Assembly (NCBI RefSeq): GCF_963921235.1
Contig: NC_086107.1
Location: 115,322,001 to 115,386,000, forward strand
DNA: 64,000 nucleotides
Direction: 5' to 3'
Origin: Mobula hypostoma
Taxonomy: Eukaryota
Shown here piece after piece: positions 48,954 through 61,721 of the stretch (within the stretch, counting starts at the first letter, position 1; every line of letters starts with the position of its first letter). The notes below the pieces were generated by a model. It saw only the letters and a list, made by a program, of their open reading frames with translations, made no database searches and was not told the origin of the DNA. The translations under genes were made by a program, and so were the position numbers.

Positions 48954-49362
48954 TGTACTCGTTGGAATTTAGAAGATTGAGGGGGGATCTGATTGAAACG
49001 TATAAGATCCTAAAGGGATTGGACAGGCTAGATGCGGGAAGATTGTTCCCGATGTTGGGGAGGTCCAGAACGAGGGGTCACAGTTTGAGGATAGAGGGGA
49101 AGCCTTTTAGGACCGAGATTAGGAAAAACTTCTTCACACAGAGAGTGGTGAATCTGTGGAATTCTCTGCCACAGCAAACTGTTGAGGCCAGTTCATTAGC
49201 TATATTTAAAAGGAAGTTAGATATGGCCCTTGTGGCTACAGGGGTCAGGGGGTATGGAGGGAAGGCTGGGTTCTGAGTTGGATGATCAGCCATGATCATA
49301 ATAAATGGCGGTGCAGGCTCGAAGGGCCGAATGGCCTACTCCTGCACCTATTTTCTATATTT
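48954..49362 (+). mobile_element. CR1 3' fragment inserted in unit 2 (absent from unit 1)
   Basis: ctat at both junctions; empty site tgctataggt at 37951-37960. Confidence 0.9.
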
Positions 49363-49414
49363 CTATAGGTTCCCGCTCTACTTTCTGTCAGTTCTGTTGT
49401 ATATAGAACCTGTT

Positions 49415-50414
49415 CTCCTCCACTCTCACCCTGAACACCGGCATGCCTCAGGGCTGTGTGCTGAGCCCTCTTCTGTACTCCCTTTCCACCCATGACTGCG
49501 TTCCTGTACATGGTTCTAACTCCATAATCAAGTTCGCAGACGACACCACGGTAGTTGGCCTGATCAGAGGGGATGACGAGACGGCCTACAGGGACGAGGT
49601 CCTGCACTTGGCCACGTGGTGTGCTAACAACAACCTGGCCCCTAACACCCAGAAGACCAAGGAGATCATTGTGGATTTCAGGCATGCTAGGAGCCACACT
49701 CACGTCCCCATCTACATCAACGGAGCTGTAGTGGAGCGTGTATCAAGCTTCAAATTCCTTGGTGCCCACATTTCCGAGGATCTCACCTGGTCCCCGAACT
49801 CCTGCATCCGGATCCAAAAGGCACAACAGTGCCTTTATTTCCTGCGGAGCATGAAGAAAGCTCACCTCTGTCCCAGGATACTGATGGACTTTTACCGCTG
49901 TACCATTGAGAGTATACTCATCAACTGCATCTCAGTGTGGTCTGGGAATTGTCGCGTATCGGACCGCAAAGCACTCCAGCGTGTGGTGAAAACTGCCCAG
50001 CGGATTATCGGCACCCAATTGCCCACCATCGAGAACATCTACCATAAACGCTGCCTGGGCAGGGCGAAAAGCATTATCAAGGATGCATCTCACCCTAACC
50101 ATGGACTTTTTACTCTCCTCCCATCCAGTAGGCACTACAGGAGCCTCCGCTCCCGCACCAGCAGGCACAGGAAGAGCTTCTTCCCTGAGGCTGTGACCCT
50201 GCTGAACCTCTCATCACAGCGCTAAGCAGTATTGCACCCATATTGTACTGTCTCAGTACTTTTATATTTGTGTGCTGTAGCACTTTATTTATTCGCAGTT
50301 ATTTTGTAAATAACACTATTCTTTGCATCTCCGGTTAGATGCTAAATGCATTTCAGTGACTTTGTATCTGTACTCGGCACAATGAGAATAAAGTTGAATC
50401 TATTCTAATCTAAT
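49415..50414 (+). mobile_element. Rex1/Babar-type LINE 3' part (unit 2; 260-aa open frame)
   Basis: ORF 49443-50225 with RT motifs. Confidence 0.85.
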
Positions 50415-53412
50415 ATATTGTGCATTCAGTGGTCCGCCGATAACATCCGCAGTTTGACACACGTTGGAATAATAACATCAATGAAACGTTTTGAAGCTTT
50501 GTCTATTTTATGTATCTATTCACCTTCATGCATATAAATATTCAATGCCGTGATGCGCGGCTCTCTGGATTACAAAATAATTTCTTTCATGCGGAATGTA
50601 ATTAAATCTTTTCCACATTTCTATATTTAGAAACTGGTTTGGGCCGCGTTCTCTTGGCAAATACAGTAATACATTGAGCAGAATCAGTCAAATCCACGAA
50701 AATCAATACAGCATACCTGTAGTCTTTCAATTTTTTATTTCGAACAACAGGCGGGACATTTAAGTAGGATTTTACAATTCAGCCAAAGCTTTAGTCGGAT
50801 GACCAAGCGTCGTGGTTGCAATCATGTCAGATGTTTCCTGTTAAGTATTGAACAACGATTGATTACTCGTTTTGGAGCCCAATCTGCTGTATCATGTTTG
50901 TGAATCGAAGTCGAACGAGATAATGCCCTGGAACAGGAGTGCCGGGTCAAAGGATCATTTCATTATTGATTATGGTGGGAGTGCCGGTTCATTATTATCC
51001 TGAACTCCCCCTTTTCGAAGATTCGAAGGTGTCCGCCTAAATACGTCGGCTGAAGATCGAGCTGACGTGAAAGTGGAGGCCAATGTTGAATCGAAGACTC
51101 GATGAGTCGATTCACCTAATTCCATCCCGGTGCCACATCTGGTCCTATTGTTTCTGAAGTATTATTTTTACTCTTCTTTTATAAAATGCTTTAGCGAGGC
51201 GGCCGGGGTGTGCGTGAGAAGCGAAAATTATCTACCTACGAAATAGAAAATGTGGTTCTTCAAATTCCTCCAGCTGTGGTAAATATTTTAATCCCCAGTG
51301 GAAATACAGCGCCAGAGACCAACCTGCAAGACGGAGCTTCAAAGTTCAAAGTTCAAGGTTCAAAGTAAATTTATCGGCAGAATACGTGTAAGTCACCAAA
51401 CACCACCTTGGGAGTTATCTTCTTGCAGACATTCCCATTCGGGCAGAGAAATACAATATAACGTATGACAAACTACACAGAAACATACACTGACAATCAC
51501 CAAGGTGGAAAAGAAGACAACCTGCAGATTAAAAAGTACAAAACAGAATAATAGTAAGAACATGCGTTGTAGAATCCTTGAAAGTGAGTCCATAGGTTGT
51601 GGAATTAGTTCCGAGTGAGGGTGAATGAAGTTAACCGCATAGATGGTTGAAGTTTCCACTTTGTCCGGGTTCTCATGTGTTATTGGAACTGTACTCTTCG
51701 AAGCAACGGGAATGTATCTATTGCGAAATAACTTTGTACATGTATCACCGCAGAACAGATTTTTAAAATATCTGCCAATTCTCCCAAGTGCCAGGGGATA
51801 TTGGGGCAACTGGGCAAGTCAGAGGCACGACCGTTCAAATAACACACTCTGTACTAGAGACGAACTAGAAAGTTTATTGAAAGCAACTGGCAGATCAGAG
51901 TGGTGGGGGATGGAACGTTGAGCATGTAGTGTCAGGAAATGTAATGGAAACTTGACCCAAAAGCAGAGCCACAGAGCCGATTCAGTGGTGAATGATAACT
52001 TTAGCAATAGACTACAAAGTAACAAGCTAGAGGAGACAACACGACAGGTAACAAGGCAAACTTTACGCAAGGAGAGTGAAGGCCAGCAGCAACTGGGAGA
52101 GGTTGGTTGGTTCAATGGGTGAACAAGGACCGTGGCGGAGAACTGAGGTAAATAGCCTGCAGGTTGTAAGTCCGGGACAAGTGGCTGGTGAATCGGATGA
52201 GCTGGGAGGACTGTGGGAGGTGCTTGCATGTGTAGGCTGGGAGGCATCAGCGGGAGCAGGCCTGACATGTAAATGGGATGTAGTCTGTGAAAAGTCGACG
52301 TACTTAATGGACGAGAACACAGTTGGGAGGACCAGAGTATCGGTCTCGTGCTGGTAACCTGTAAAGAAAGAACTAAACTTTCAAGAATTCATATTAGATT
52401 CCTCCTTGTCATGTGGGAAAATGTGTAAAACTCTGTAATATTGCATTCTGGTATTTCCAGTATGTGCCATTCTGGTTTATTCCATATCAGAGTCGGCTGC
52501 TGTCGGGTGCTTCCAATGCATCGGCAAGTTTGCGGCACTGGAGGTTCATGGCAGGGAGAGTTTCTCCCTTCTGCCACCTGCGTTAGATGATGAGTCGATC
52601 GGGACTTTGAGACTTTTTTTTTTACCGTGCCCATGGTCTGCTCTTTATCAAATTAAGATATTGCTTTGAACTGTTGTAACTATATGTTATAATTACGTGG
52701 TTTTGTCAGTTTTTGTCTTGGTTTGTCCTGTTTTTCTTGTGATATCACTCTGGAGGAACATTGTATCATTTTTAATGCATGCATTTCTAAATGACAATAA
52801 ACGAGGATTGAATGTTCTCATAATCTAATCTGTATTTCATCTTCTGAAATTATTTTAATATAATCCCTTATTCTTCATAACTATTTAATGTTTTCTGGTT
52901 GTATGCCGTGACCCGACCAACGCACCTGAGCAAACTTGTAAGTGTATTAGGTAATAAATTCCCTCCTAGATCTTTGATCATTGAGCAAAAAGCAAACAAA
53001 ATAAAAAGATTTAAGAAGTGATATGTGGTAATCCGTTGAGCAGTTACGGGAATGCATAGCTTTGAGATTAGATGATGGTAAATATCAGGCTCACCGTGGG
53101 TAAATAACTGTAAAGCATGTTCAGAATCAGAACACATAATCAGATTTATTATCCCTGATATACAGTTTATCTAAAGTTTGTTTTCTGAGGTATAATAAAA
53201 GCGCATAACATAACATACACTGTAAATTACAATAATAACGAAACTAGTAGTGCGAAAATAGTGAAACTGTTTAAGGCATGTGTTTAGCTGGAATACTACG
53301 GGAGATAAAAAAAACGAAAGGAATAGAAACATAGAAAATAGGTGCAGGAGTAGGCCATTCGGCCCTTCGAGCCTGCACCGCCATTTATTATGATCATGGT
53401 TGATCATCCAAC

Positions 53413-56390
53413 TCAGAACCCAGCCTTCCCTCCATACCCCCTGACCCCTGTAGCCACAAGGGCCATATCTAACTTCCTTTTAAACATAGCTAATGAACTG
53501 GCCTCAACAGTTTGCTGTGGCAGAGAATTCCACAGATTCACCACTCTCTGTGTGAAGAAGTTTTTCCTAACCTCGGTCCTAAAAGGCTTCCCCTCTATCC
53601 TCAAACTGTGACCCCTCGTTCTAGACCTCCCCAACATCGGGAACAATCTTCCTGCATCCAGCCTGTCCAATCCCTTTAGGATCTTATACGTTTCAATCTT
53701 CTAAATTCCAACGAGTACAAGCCCAGTTCATCCAGTCTTTCTTCATATGAAAGACCTGCCATCCCAGGAATCAATCTGGTGAACCTTCTTTGTACTCCCT
53801 CTATGGCAAAGATGTCTTTCCTCAGATTAGGGGACCAAAACTGCACACAATACTCCAGGTGTGGTCTCACCAAGGCCTTGTACAACTGCAGTAGTACCTC
53901 CCTGCTCCTGTACTCGAATCCTCTCGCTATAAATGCCAGCATACCGTTCGCCTTTTTCACCGCCTGCTGTACCTGCATGCCCACTTTCAATGACTGGTGT
54001 ATAATGACACCCAGGTCTCGTTGCACCTCCCCTTTTCCTAATCGGCCACCATTCAGATAATAATCTGTTTTCCTATTTTTGCCACCAAAGTGGATAACTT
54101 CACATTTATCCACATTAAATTGCATCTGCCATGAGTTTGCCCACTCACCCAACCTATCCAAGTCACCCTGCATCCTCTTAGCATCCTCCTCACTGCTAAC
54201 ACTGCCACCCAGCTTTGTGTCATCCGCAAACTTGGAGATGCTGCATTTAATTCCCTCATCCAAGTCATTAATATATATTGTAAACAACTGGGATCCCAGC
54301 ACTGAGCCTTGCGGTACCCCACTAGTCACCGCCTGCCATTCTGAAAAGGTCCCGTTTATTCCCACTCTTTGCTTCCTGTCTGTTAACCAATTCTCCACCC
54401 ACACCAATACCTTACCCCCAATACCGTGTGCTTTAAGTTTGCACACTAATCTCCTGTGTGGGACCTTGTCAAAAGCCTTTTGAAAATCCAAATATACCAC
54501 ATCCACTGGTTCTCCCCTATCCACTCTACTAGTTACATCCTCAAAAAATTCTATGAGATTCGTCAGACATGATTTTCCTTTCACAAATCCATGCTGACTT
54601 TGTCCGATCATTTCACCGCTTTCCAAATGTGCTGTTATCACATCCTTGATAACTGACTCCAGCAGTTTCCCCACCACCGACGTTAGGCTAACCGGCCTAT
54701 AATTCCCCGGTTTCTCTCTCCCTCCTTTTTTAAAAAGTGGGGTTACATTAGCCACCCTCCAATCCTCAGGAACTAGTCCAGAATCTAACGAGTTTTGAAA
54801 AATTATCACTAATGCATCCACTATTTCTTGGGCCACTTCCTTAAGCACTCTGGGATGCAGACCATCTGGCCCTGGGGATTTATCTGCCTTCAATCCCTTC
54901 AATTTACCTAACACCACTTCCCTACTAACATGTATTTCGCTCAGTTCCTCCATCTCACTGGACCCTCTGTCCCTTACTATTTCTGGAAGATTATTTATGT
55001 CCTCCTTAGTGAAGACAGAACCAAAGTAATTATTCAATTGGTCTGCCATGTCCTTGCTCCCCATAATCAATTCACCTGTTTCTGTTTGCAGGGGACCTAC
55101 ATTTGTCTTTATCAGTCTTTTCCTTTTTACATATCTATAAAAGCTTTTACAGTCCGTTTTTATGTTCTCTGCCAGTTTTCTCTCATAATCTTTTTTCCCC
55201 TTCCTAATTAAGCCCTTTGTCCTCCTCTGCTGAACTCTGAATTTCTCCCAGTCCTCAGGTGAGCCACTTTCTCTGGCTAATTTGTATGCTACTTCTTTGG
55301 AATTGATACTATCCCTAATTTCTCTTGTCAGCCACGGGTGCACTACCTTCCTTGATTTATTATTTTGCCAAACTGGGATGAACAATTGTTGTAGTTCATC
55401 CATGCAACCTTTAAATGCCTGCCATTGCATATCCACCGTCAATCCTTGAAGTGTCATTTGCCAGTCTATCTTAGCTAATTCACGTCTCATACCTTCAAAG
55501 TTACCCCTCTTCAGAACCTTTGTTTCTGAATTAACTGCGTCACTCTCCATGTTAATGAAGAATTCCACCATATTATGGTCACTCTTACCCAAGGGGCCTC
55601 TCACAACAAGATCGCTAATTAACCCTTCCTCATTGCTCAAAACCCAGTCCAGAATAGCCTGCTCTCTAGTCGGTTCCTCGACATGTTGGTTCAAAAAACC
55701 ATCCCGCATACATTCCAAGAAATCCTCTTCCTCAGCACCTTTACCAATTTGGTTCACCCAGTCTACATGTAGATTGAAGTCACCCATTATAACTGCTGTT
55801 CCTTTATTGCACACATTTCTAATTTCCTGTTTAATACCATCTCCGACCTCACTACTACTGTTAGGTGGCCTGTACACAACTCCCACCAGCGTCTTCTGCC
55901 CCTTAGTGTTACGCAGCTCTACCCATATCGATTCCACATCTTCCCGGCTTATGTCCTTCCTTTCTATTGCGTTAATCTCTTTTTTAACCAGCAACGCCAC
56001 CCCACCTCCCCTTCCTTCATGTCTATCCCTCCTGAATATTGAATATCCCTGAACGTTGAGCTCCCATCCCTGGTCACCCTGGAGCCATGTCTCTGTGATC
56101 CCAACTATATCATAATCATTAATAACAATCTGCACTTTCAATTCATCCACCTTATTACGAATGCTCCTTGCATTGACACATAAAGCCTTCAGGCGCTCTT
56201 TTACAACTCTCTTAGCCCTTTTTAATGCTTGCCCTGGATTTGTCGGCCTGCCACTTTTACTTTTCCCCTTTGTACTTTTTGCTTCTACGCTCACTTTACA
56301 CCCCTCTGTCTCTCTGCACTGGTTCCCATCCCTCTGTTGTGAACTAACCTCCTCACACCTAGCCGCTTTAATTTGATTCCCACCCCCCAA
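53413..56390 (-). pseudogene. CR1 ORF2 (endonuclease plus RT; 904-aa frame 53676-56390) with frameshifted C-terminus
   Basis: NARS, ETW, YRPP, GDFN, SDHN, PQGSVLG and FADD motifs intact; a 16-bp deletion at about 53694 cuts off the C-terminal about 100 aa. Confidence 0.9.
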
Positions 56391-56395
56391 CCATT

Positions 56396-57331
56396 CTAGT
56401 TTAAAGTCACCTCAGTAGCCCCCGCTAATCTCCCTGCCAGGATATTGGTCCCCCTAGGATTTAAGTGTAACCCGTCCTTTTTGTACAGGTCACACCTGCG
56501 CCAAAAGAGGTCCCAATGATCCAAAAACTTGAATCCCTGCCCCCTGCTCCAATCCCTCAGCCACGCATTTATCCTCCACCTCATCGCATTCCTACTCTCA
56601 CTGTCGCGTGGCACAGGCAGTAATCCCGAGATTACTACCTTTGCGGTCCTTTTTCTCAACTCCCTTCCTAGCTCCCTATATTCTTCTTTCAGGACCTCAT
56701 CCCTTTTCCTACCTATGTCATTGGTACCTATATGTACCAGGACCTCTGGCTCTTCACCCTCCCACTTCAGGATATCTTGGACACGATCAGAAATATCCCG
56801 GACCCTGGCACCAGGGAGGCAAACTACCATCCGAGTCTCTGGACTGCGTCCACAGAATCGCCTATCTGACCCCCTTACTATCGAGTCCCCTATCACAACT
56901 GCCCTCCTCTTCCTTGCCCTACCCTTCTGAGCTACAGGGCCAGACTCTGTGCCGGAGGCAGGGCCACTGTCGCTTCCCCCGGGTAAGCTGTCCCCCGCAA
57001 CAGTACTCAAACAGGAGTACCTGTTGTTAAGGGGCACAGCCGCCGGGGTACTCCCCATCACCTGCCTTTTCCCCTTCCCCCTCCTAACCGTGACCCACTT
57101 GTCTGCCTCCCGTGGCCCCGGCGTGACCACCTGCCTTCCACTCCTCTCTATCACCTCCTCACTCTCCCTGACCAGACGAAGGTCATCGAGCTGCAGCTCC
57201 AGTTCCGTAACGCGGTCCCTTAGGAGCTGCATCTCGATGCACTTGGCGCAGATGTAGACGTCCGGGAGGCTTGGAGACTCCAGGGCCTCCCACATCCGAC
57301 ACCGAGAACAGCAAACTGCCCTCACAGTCAT
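56396..57331 (-). CDS. CR1 ORF1 esterase-domain protein, copy 2
   Basis: Near-identical to 45031-45966. Confidence 0.9.
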   Translation of the reverse strand: MTVRAVCCSRCRMWEALESPSLPDVYICAKCIEMQLLRDRVTELELQLDDLRLVRESEEVIERSGRQVVTPGPREADKWVTVRRGKGKRQVMGSTPAAVPLNNRYSCLSTVAGDSLPGGSDSGPASGTESGPVAQKGRARKRRAVVIGDSIVRGSDRRFCGRSPETRMVVCLPGARVRDISDRVQDILKWEGEEPEVLVHIGTNDIGRKRDEVLKEEYRELGRELRKRTAKVVISGLLPVPRDSESRNAMRWRINAWLRDWSRGQGFKFLDHWDLFWRRCDLYKKDGLHLNPRGTNILAGRLAGATEVTLN

Positions 57332-60261
57332 AATGCCCCTCTTCTCAAATAGCAACAGAAAATGAATGTCAAACCTTCCTCGCCTCGCCCGTTTCTGCCT
57401 AAGCCCGGTGAGCCGAAGCCCTTAAGTCTTCACTCTGCTCCCGGCTCACTCCGCTGCCCGCAAACTACGCTGCCCGCTCTCTGAGGCTCTGTTCCTTTTA
57501 AATCTGCCGCGCTGCACTGCCCGACGAAAATTTCAAAAATCTCTTTCTCGGCACTCCCACTCAGACTCTCAGACTCCTTCTTCGAATCAAATCCGAAGCA
57601 GGATGTCTGCCCTTTTAAATCTGCCGCGCTGCACTGCCCGACGTCACACGCCTGCGCAGTCCCGCCTCTCAGAAAGCCGTTGGAGAAAAAAAATAACGAA
57701 AATTTCAAAAATCTCTTTCTCGGCAATCCCACTCAGACTCTCAGACTCCTTCTTCGAATGAGGGGTTGAAAGGTATAAAAGGCTATTCCTTTGTGTAAGG
57801 CGGAGCAGGGTCGAGACCCCCGCTTAAGATACAGACTGGCAGAGAGCAGGGAGACTGTTGGAACAAGCTGCTGGGCACTTGGAATTCTGCTTCGGCGTTG
57901 TATCCGATCAGCTGATAATTATTTATTCCTCTGCATTTTATTGAAGTGGTTAATGTGCAGCTTTCACAAGTCTAATAAAGTAGTCTTATATCACTCAACA
58001 GTGTATAATGTCTCCTTTGTTTGTAAAAGAATCTTCAAAAGGTGGTGCCTGGAGAAGGCGGAATGTATCATGAAGAATCAACGCCATGAAGGCTTTTCAT
58101 TGGTACCATCGGGGAGGAGGTACAGCGGCCTGAAGACGAACACTCATCGTTTTAGGAACAGTTTCTTCCCCGTCGCCGTCGTTCCTGAATGGTGCGTGGA
58201 TGATGAACACTATCTCATTATTCCTCGTTGTCATGGTTATTTATTTCACTTCATTGCCACGTTTTGTAACACATCTGTTTTGCACTGTACTGCGGCACAA
58301 AACAACAAATCTGACGATACGTGTCACTGATAATTAAATGTGATTCTGATTCTGAGCAGCATTTCTTGCTGAATCGGGTTAGGACATAGACGGACTTTAG
58401 AATAATAAATTGCGCTCCCAATATTAGAGAGCTGGAAAGGACAGTGTTTCTAACACGTTGACACCCGGGCCCTGAACATGAAAGAGTTGTGTATGTAGAA
58501 GCACGTTACACCTGTTTCGCGTGGACGAGTCAGTCGCTCGCACTGTGGCGCCTAAACGCAACGAACAAGTGAAAATTTCACCCGATGTAGCTCAACACCG
58601 TGTCGCAGAAAGGGCAACTCATGCATTGCACCCGGCGCTCAGGTACCCCTGTCCGAAACAACTAACTGAAGTCCATCAAACGAGTTTTTCATTCTTCGAC
58701 AGGTGGGTTTGGGAATTGTAGCGAGGACACTCGGCACTTGAGTCTCATCTGGGCCAGGTTGTATTGTCCTCGTGTCACACTTAGAAAGAAGCGAATACTC
58801 TAGTTCATGTAAAAAATGTAAATCTAAATCCAACCACATTCTTCGCTACTGATGGGACAATGCTCATTGCTTAATTATAACCAGTCCGGTAGTTCATCAT
58901 TCACACCTGCAGATAACAAATAAAGAACCCAGATGAATTAAACGTAGAAATATTATTAACTTGATAGTGAAAGTCAACACGACTTAACTGTAATTGCTGT
59001 GGCTTTCCGCGCGTTCAGAGAGGGAGAGAAAGAGAGGCAAAATGGAAACGCCGTTTTAAATAGACACATTCTTTCGCAGATGATCGATCGGCAAAATAAA
59101 ACAAACCAAATTCCAGAACGGCTGCCGTTCCAGTTTCCTGATTGGTAAGACATTAGCCATGGTTGAAACTTAGGTCACGATTTGTTTTATCTCTTGGATA
59201 TCAACAGGTACTTGGGGCTGATGAAATGTGGACAACTGCTACAGTTATTCCTTCTTCTAAGGCGACCATGCCAAGTCTCTGCTGAGAACTGACCTGGCAG
59301 GCAACTGAAATGTCAGGATTATCCGGAGCTTCTCTCCGAGAGTTTATGACCTCCCATCCCTTCCCTTCCAATTTGGTACTTTGGTAGCTTTTGGTACATT
59401 GGCCTTTACTAATCAAAGTATTGAGTATAAGAGCTGGAATGTTATGATGAGGTTGTATAAGGCATTGGTGAGGCCGAATCTGGAGTATTGTGTTCAGTTT
59501 TGGTCACCAAATTACAGAAAGGATATAAATAAGGTTGAAAGAGTGCAGAGAAGGTTTACAAGGATGTGGCCAGGACTTGAGAAACTCAGTTACAGAGAAA
59601 GGTTGAATAGGTTAGGACTTTATTCCCTGGAGCATGGAAGAATGAGGGGAGATTTGATAGAGGTATATAAAATTATGATGGGTATAGATAGAGTGAATGC
59701 AAGCAGGCTTTTTCTACTGAGGCAAGGGGAGAAAAAAACCAGAGGACATGGATTAAGGTGGGGGAGGAGTTTAAAGGGAACATTAGTGGGGGCTTCTTCA
59801 CACAGACAGTGGTGGGAGTATGGAATGAGCTGCCAGACGAGGTGGTAAATGCGGGTTCTTTTTTAACATTTAAGAATAAATTGGACAGATACATGGATGG
59901 GAGGTGTATGAAGGGATATGGTCCGTGTGCAGGTCAGTGGGACTAGGCAGAAAATGGTTCGGCACAGCCAAGAAGGGCCAAAAAGCCTGTTTCTGTGCTG
60001 TAGTCTATGGTTTCTGTGGTTTCTATGGTTCTAATTAAACGTACCCGTTCAGCAGTTGTGTTTACTTATTCAATCATCTGGCCTGGGGATTACGCCTTAG
60101 ACCCAGCGACGATGAAGGAACAGCGAAGTACTTCCAAGTCGAGTTTATAAACGAGCGGGATGCCATTCTCCAGCATTTGCAGGTACTCCTCGTGCTCTAC
60201 AATATTAGAGCCGCCGAGGCAGGTAACTTGCCCTGGCCCTGGCACCTTAGCTGCGTGCTAT

Positions 60262-60670
60262 TGTACTCGTTGGAATTTAGAAGATTGAGGGGGGATCTGA
60301 TTGAAACGTATAAGATCCTAAAGGGATTGGACAGGCTAGATGCGGGAAGATTGTTCCCGATGTTGGGGAGGTCCAGAACGAGGGGTCACAGTTTGAGGAT
60401 AGAGGGGAAGCCTTTTAGGACCGAGATTAGGAAAAACTTCTTCACACAGAGAGTGGTGAATCTGTGGAATTCTCTGCCACAGCAAACTGTTGAGGCCAGT
60501 TCATTAGCTATGTTTAAAAGGAAGTTAGATATGGCCCTTGTGGCTACAGGGGTCAGGGGGTATGGAGGGAAGGCTGGGTTCTGAGTTGGATGATCAGCCA
60601 TGATCATAATAAATGGCGGTGCAGGCTCGAAGGGCCGAATGGCCTACTCCTGCACCTATTTTCTATGTTT
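60262..60670 (+). mobile_element. CR1 3' fragment (unit 3 copy)
   Basis: Same junctions as 48954-49362. Confidence 0.9.
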
Positions 60671-60722
60671 CTATAGGTTCCCGCTCTACTTTCTGTCAGT
60701 TCTGTTGTATATAGAACCTGTT

Positions 60723-61721
60723 CTCCTCCACTCTCACCCTGAACACCGGCATGCCTCAGGGCTGTGTGCTGAGCCCTCTTCTGTACTCCCTTTCCACCCA
60801 TGACTGCGTTCCTGTACATGGTTCTAACTCCATAATCAAGTTCGCAGACGACACCACGGTAGTTGGCCTGATCAGAGGGGATGACGAGACGGCCTACAGG
60901 GACGAGGTCCTGCACTTGGCCACGTGGTGTGCTAACAACAACCTGGCCCCTAATACCCAGAAGACCAAGGAGATCATTGTGGACTTCAGGCATGCCAGGA
61001 GTCACACTCACGTCCCCATTTACATCAACGGAGCTGTAGTGGAGCGTGTATCAAGCTTCAAATTCCTTGGTGTCCACATTTCCGAGGATCTCACCTGGTC
61101 CCTGAACTCCTCCATCCTGATCAAAAAGGCATAACAGTGCCTTTATTTCCTGCGGAGCATGAAGAAAGCTCACTTTTGTCCCAGGATACTGACGGACTTT
61201 TACCGCTGTACCATTGAGAGTATACTCATCAACTGCATCTCAGTGTGGTATGGCAATTGTCCCATATCGGACCGCAAAGCACTCCAGCGTGTGGTGAAAA
61301 CTGCCCAATGGATTATCGGCACCCAATTGCCCACCATCGAGAACATCTACCATAAACGCTGCCTGGGCAGGGCGAAAAGCATTATCAAGGACTCATCTCA
61401 CCCTAATCATGGACTTTTCACTCTCCTCCCATCCAGTAGGCACTACAGGAGCCTCCGCTCCCGCACCAGCAGGCACAGGAAGAGCTTCTTCCCTGAGGCT
61501 GTGACCCTGCTGAACCTCTCATCACAGCGCTAAGCAGTATTGCACCATATTGTACTGTCTCAGTACTTTTATATTTGTGTGCTGTAGCACTTCTTTTATT
61601 CGCAGTTATTTTGTAAATAACACTAGTCCTTGCATTTCTGGTCAGATACTAACTGCATTTCAGTGACTTTGTATCTGTACTCGGCACAATGAGAATAAAG
61701 TTGAATCTATTCTAATCTAAT
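60723..61721 (+). mobile_element. Rex1/Babar-type LINE 3' part (unit 3)
   Basis: RT motifs; stop at 61132-61134. Confidence 0.85.

Larger units (their letters stand above)
53325..57755 (-). mobile_element. full-length CR1 LINE, copy 2
   Basis: Same junctions as copy 1; 92 bp shorter (55+29+8). Confidence 0.95.
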
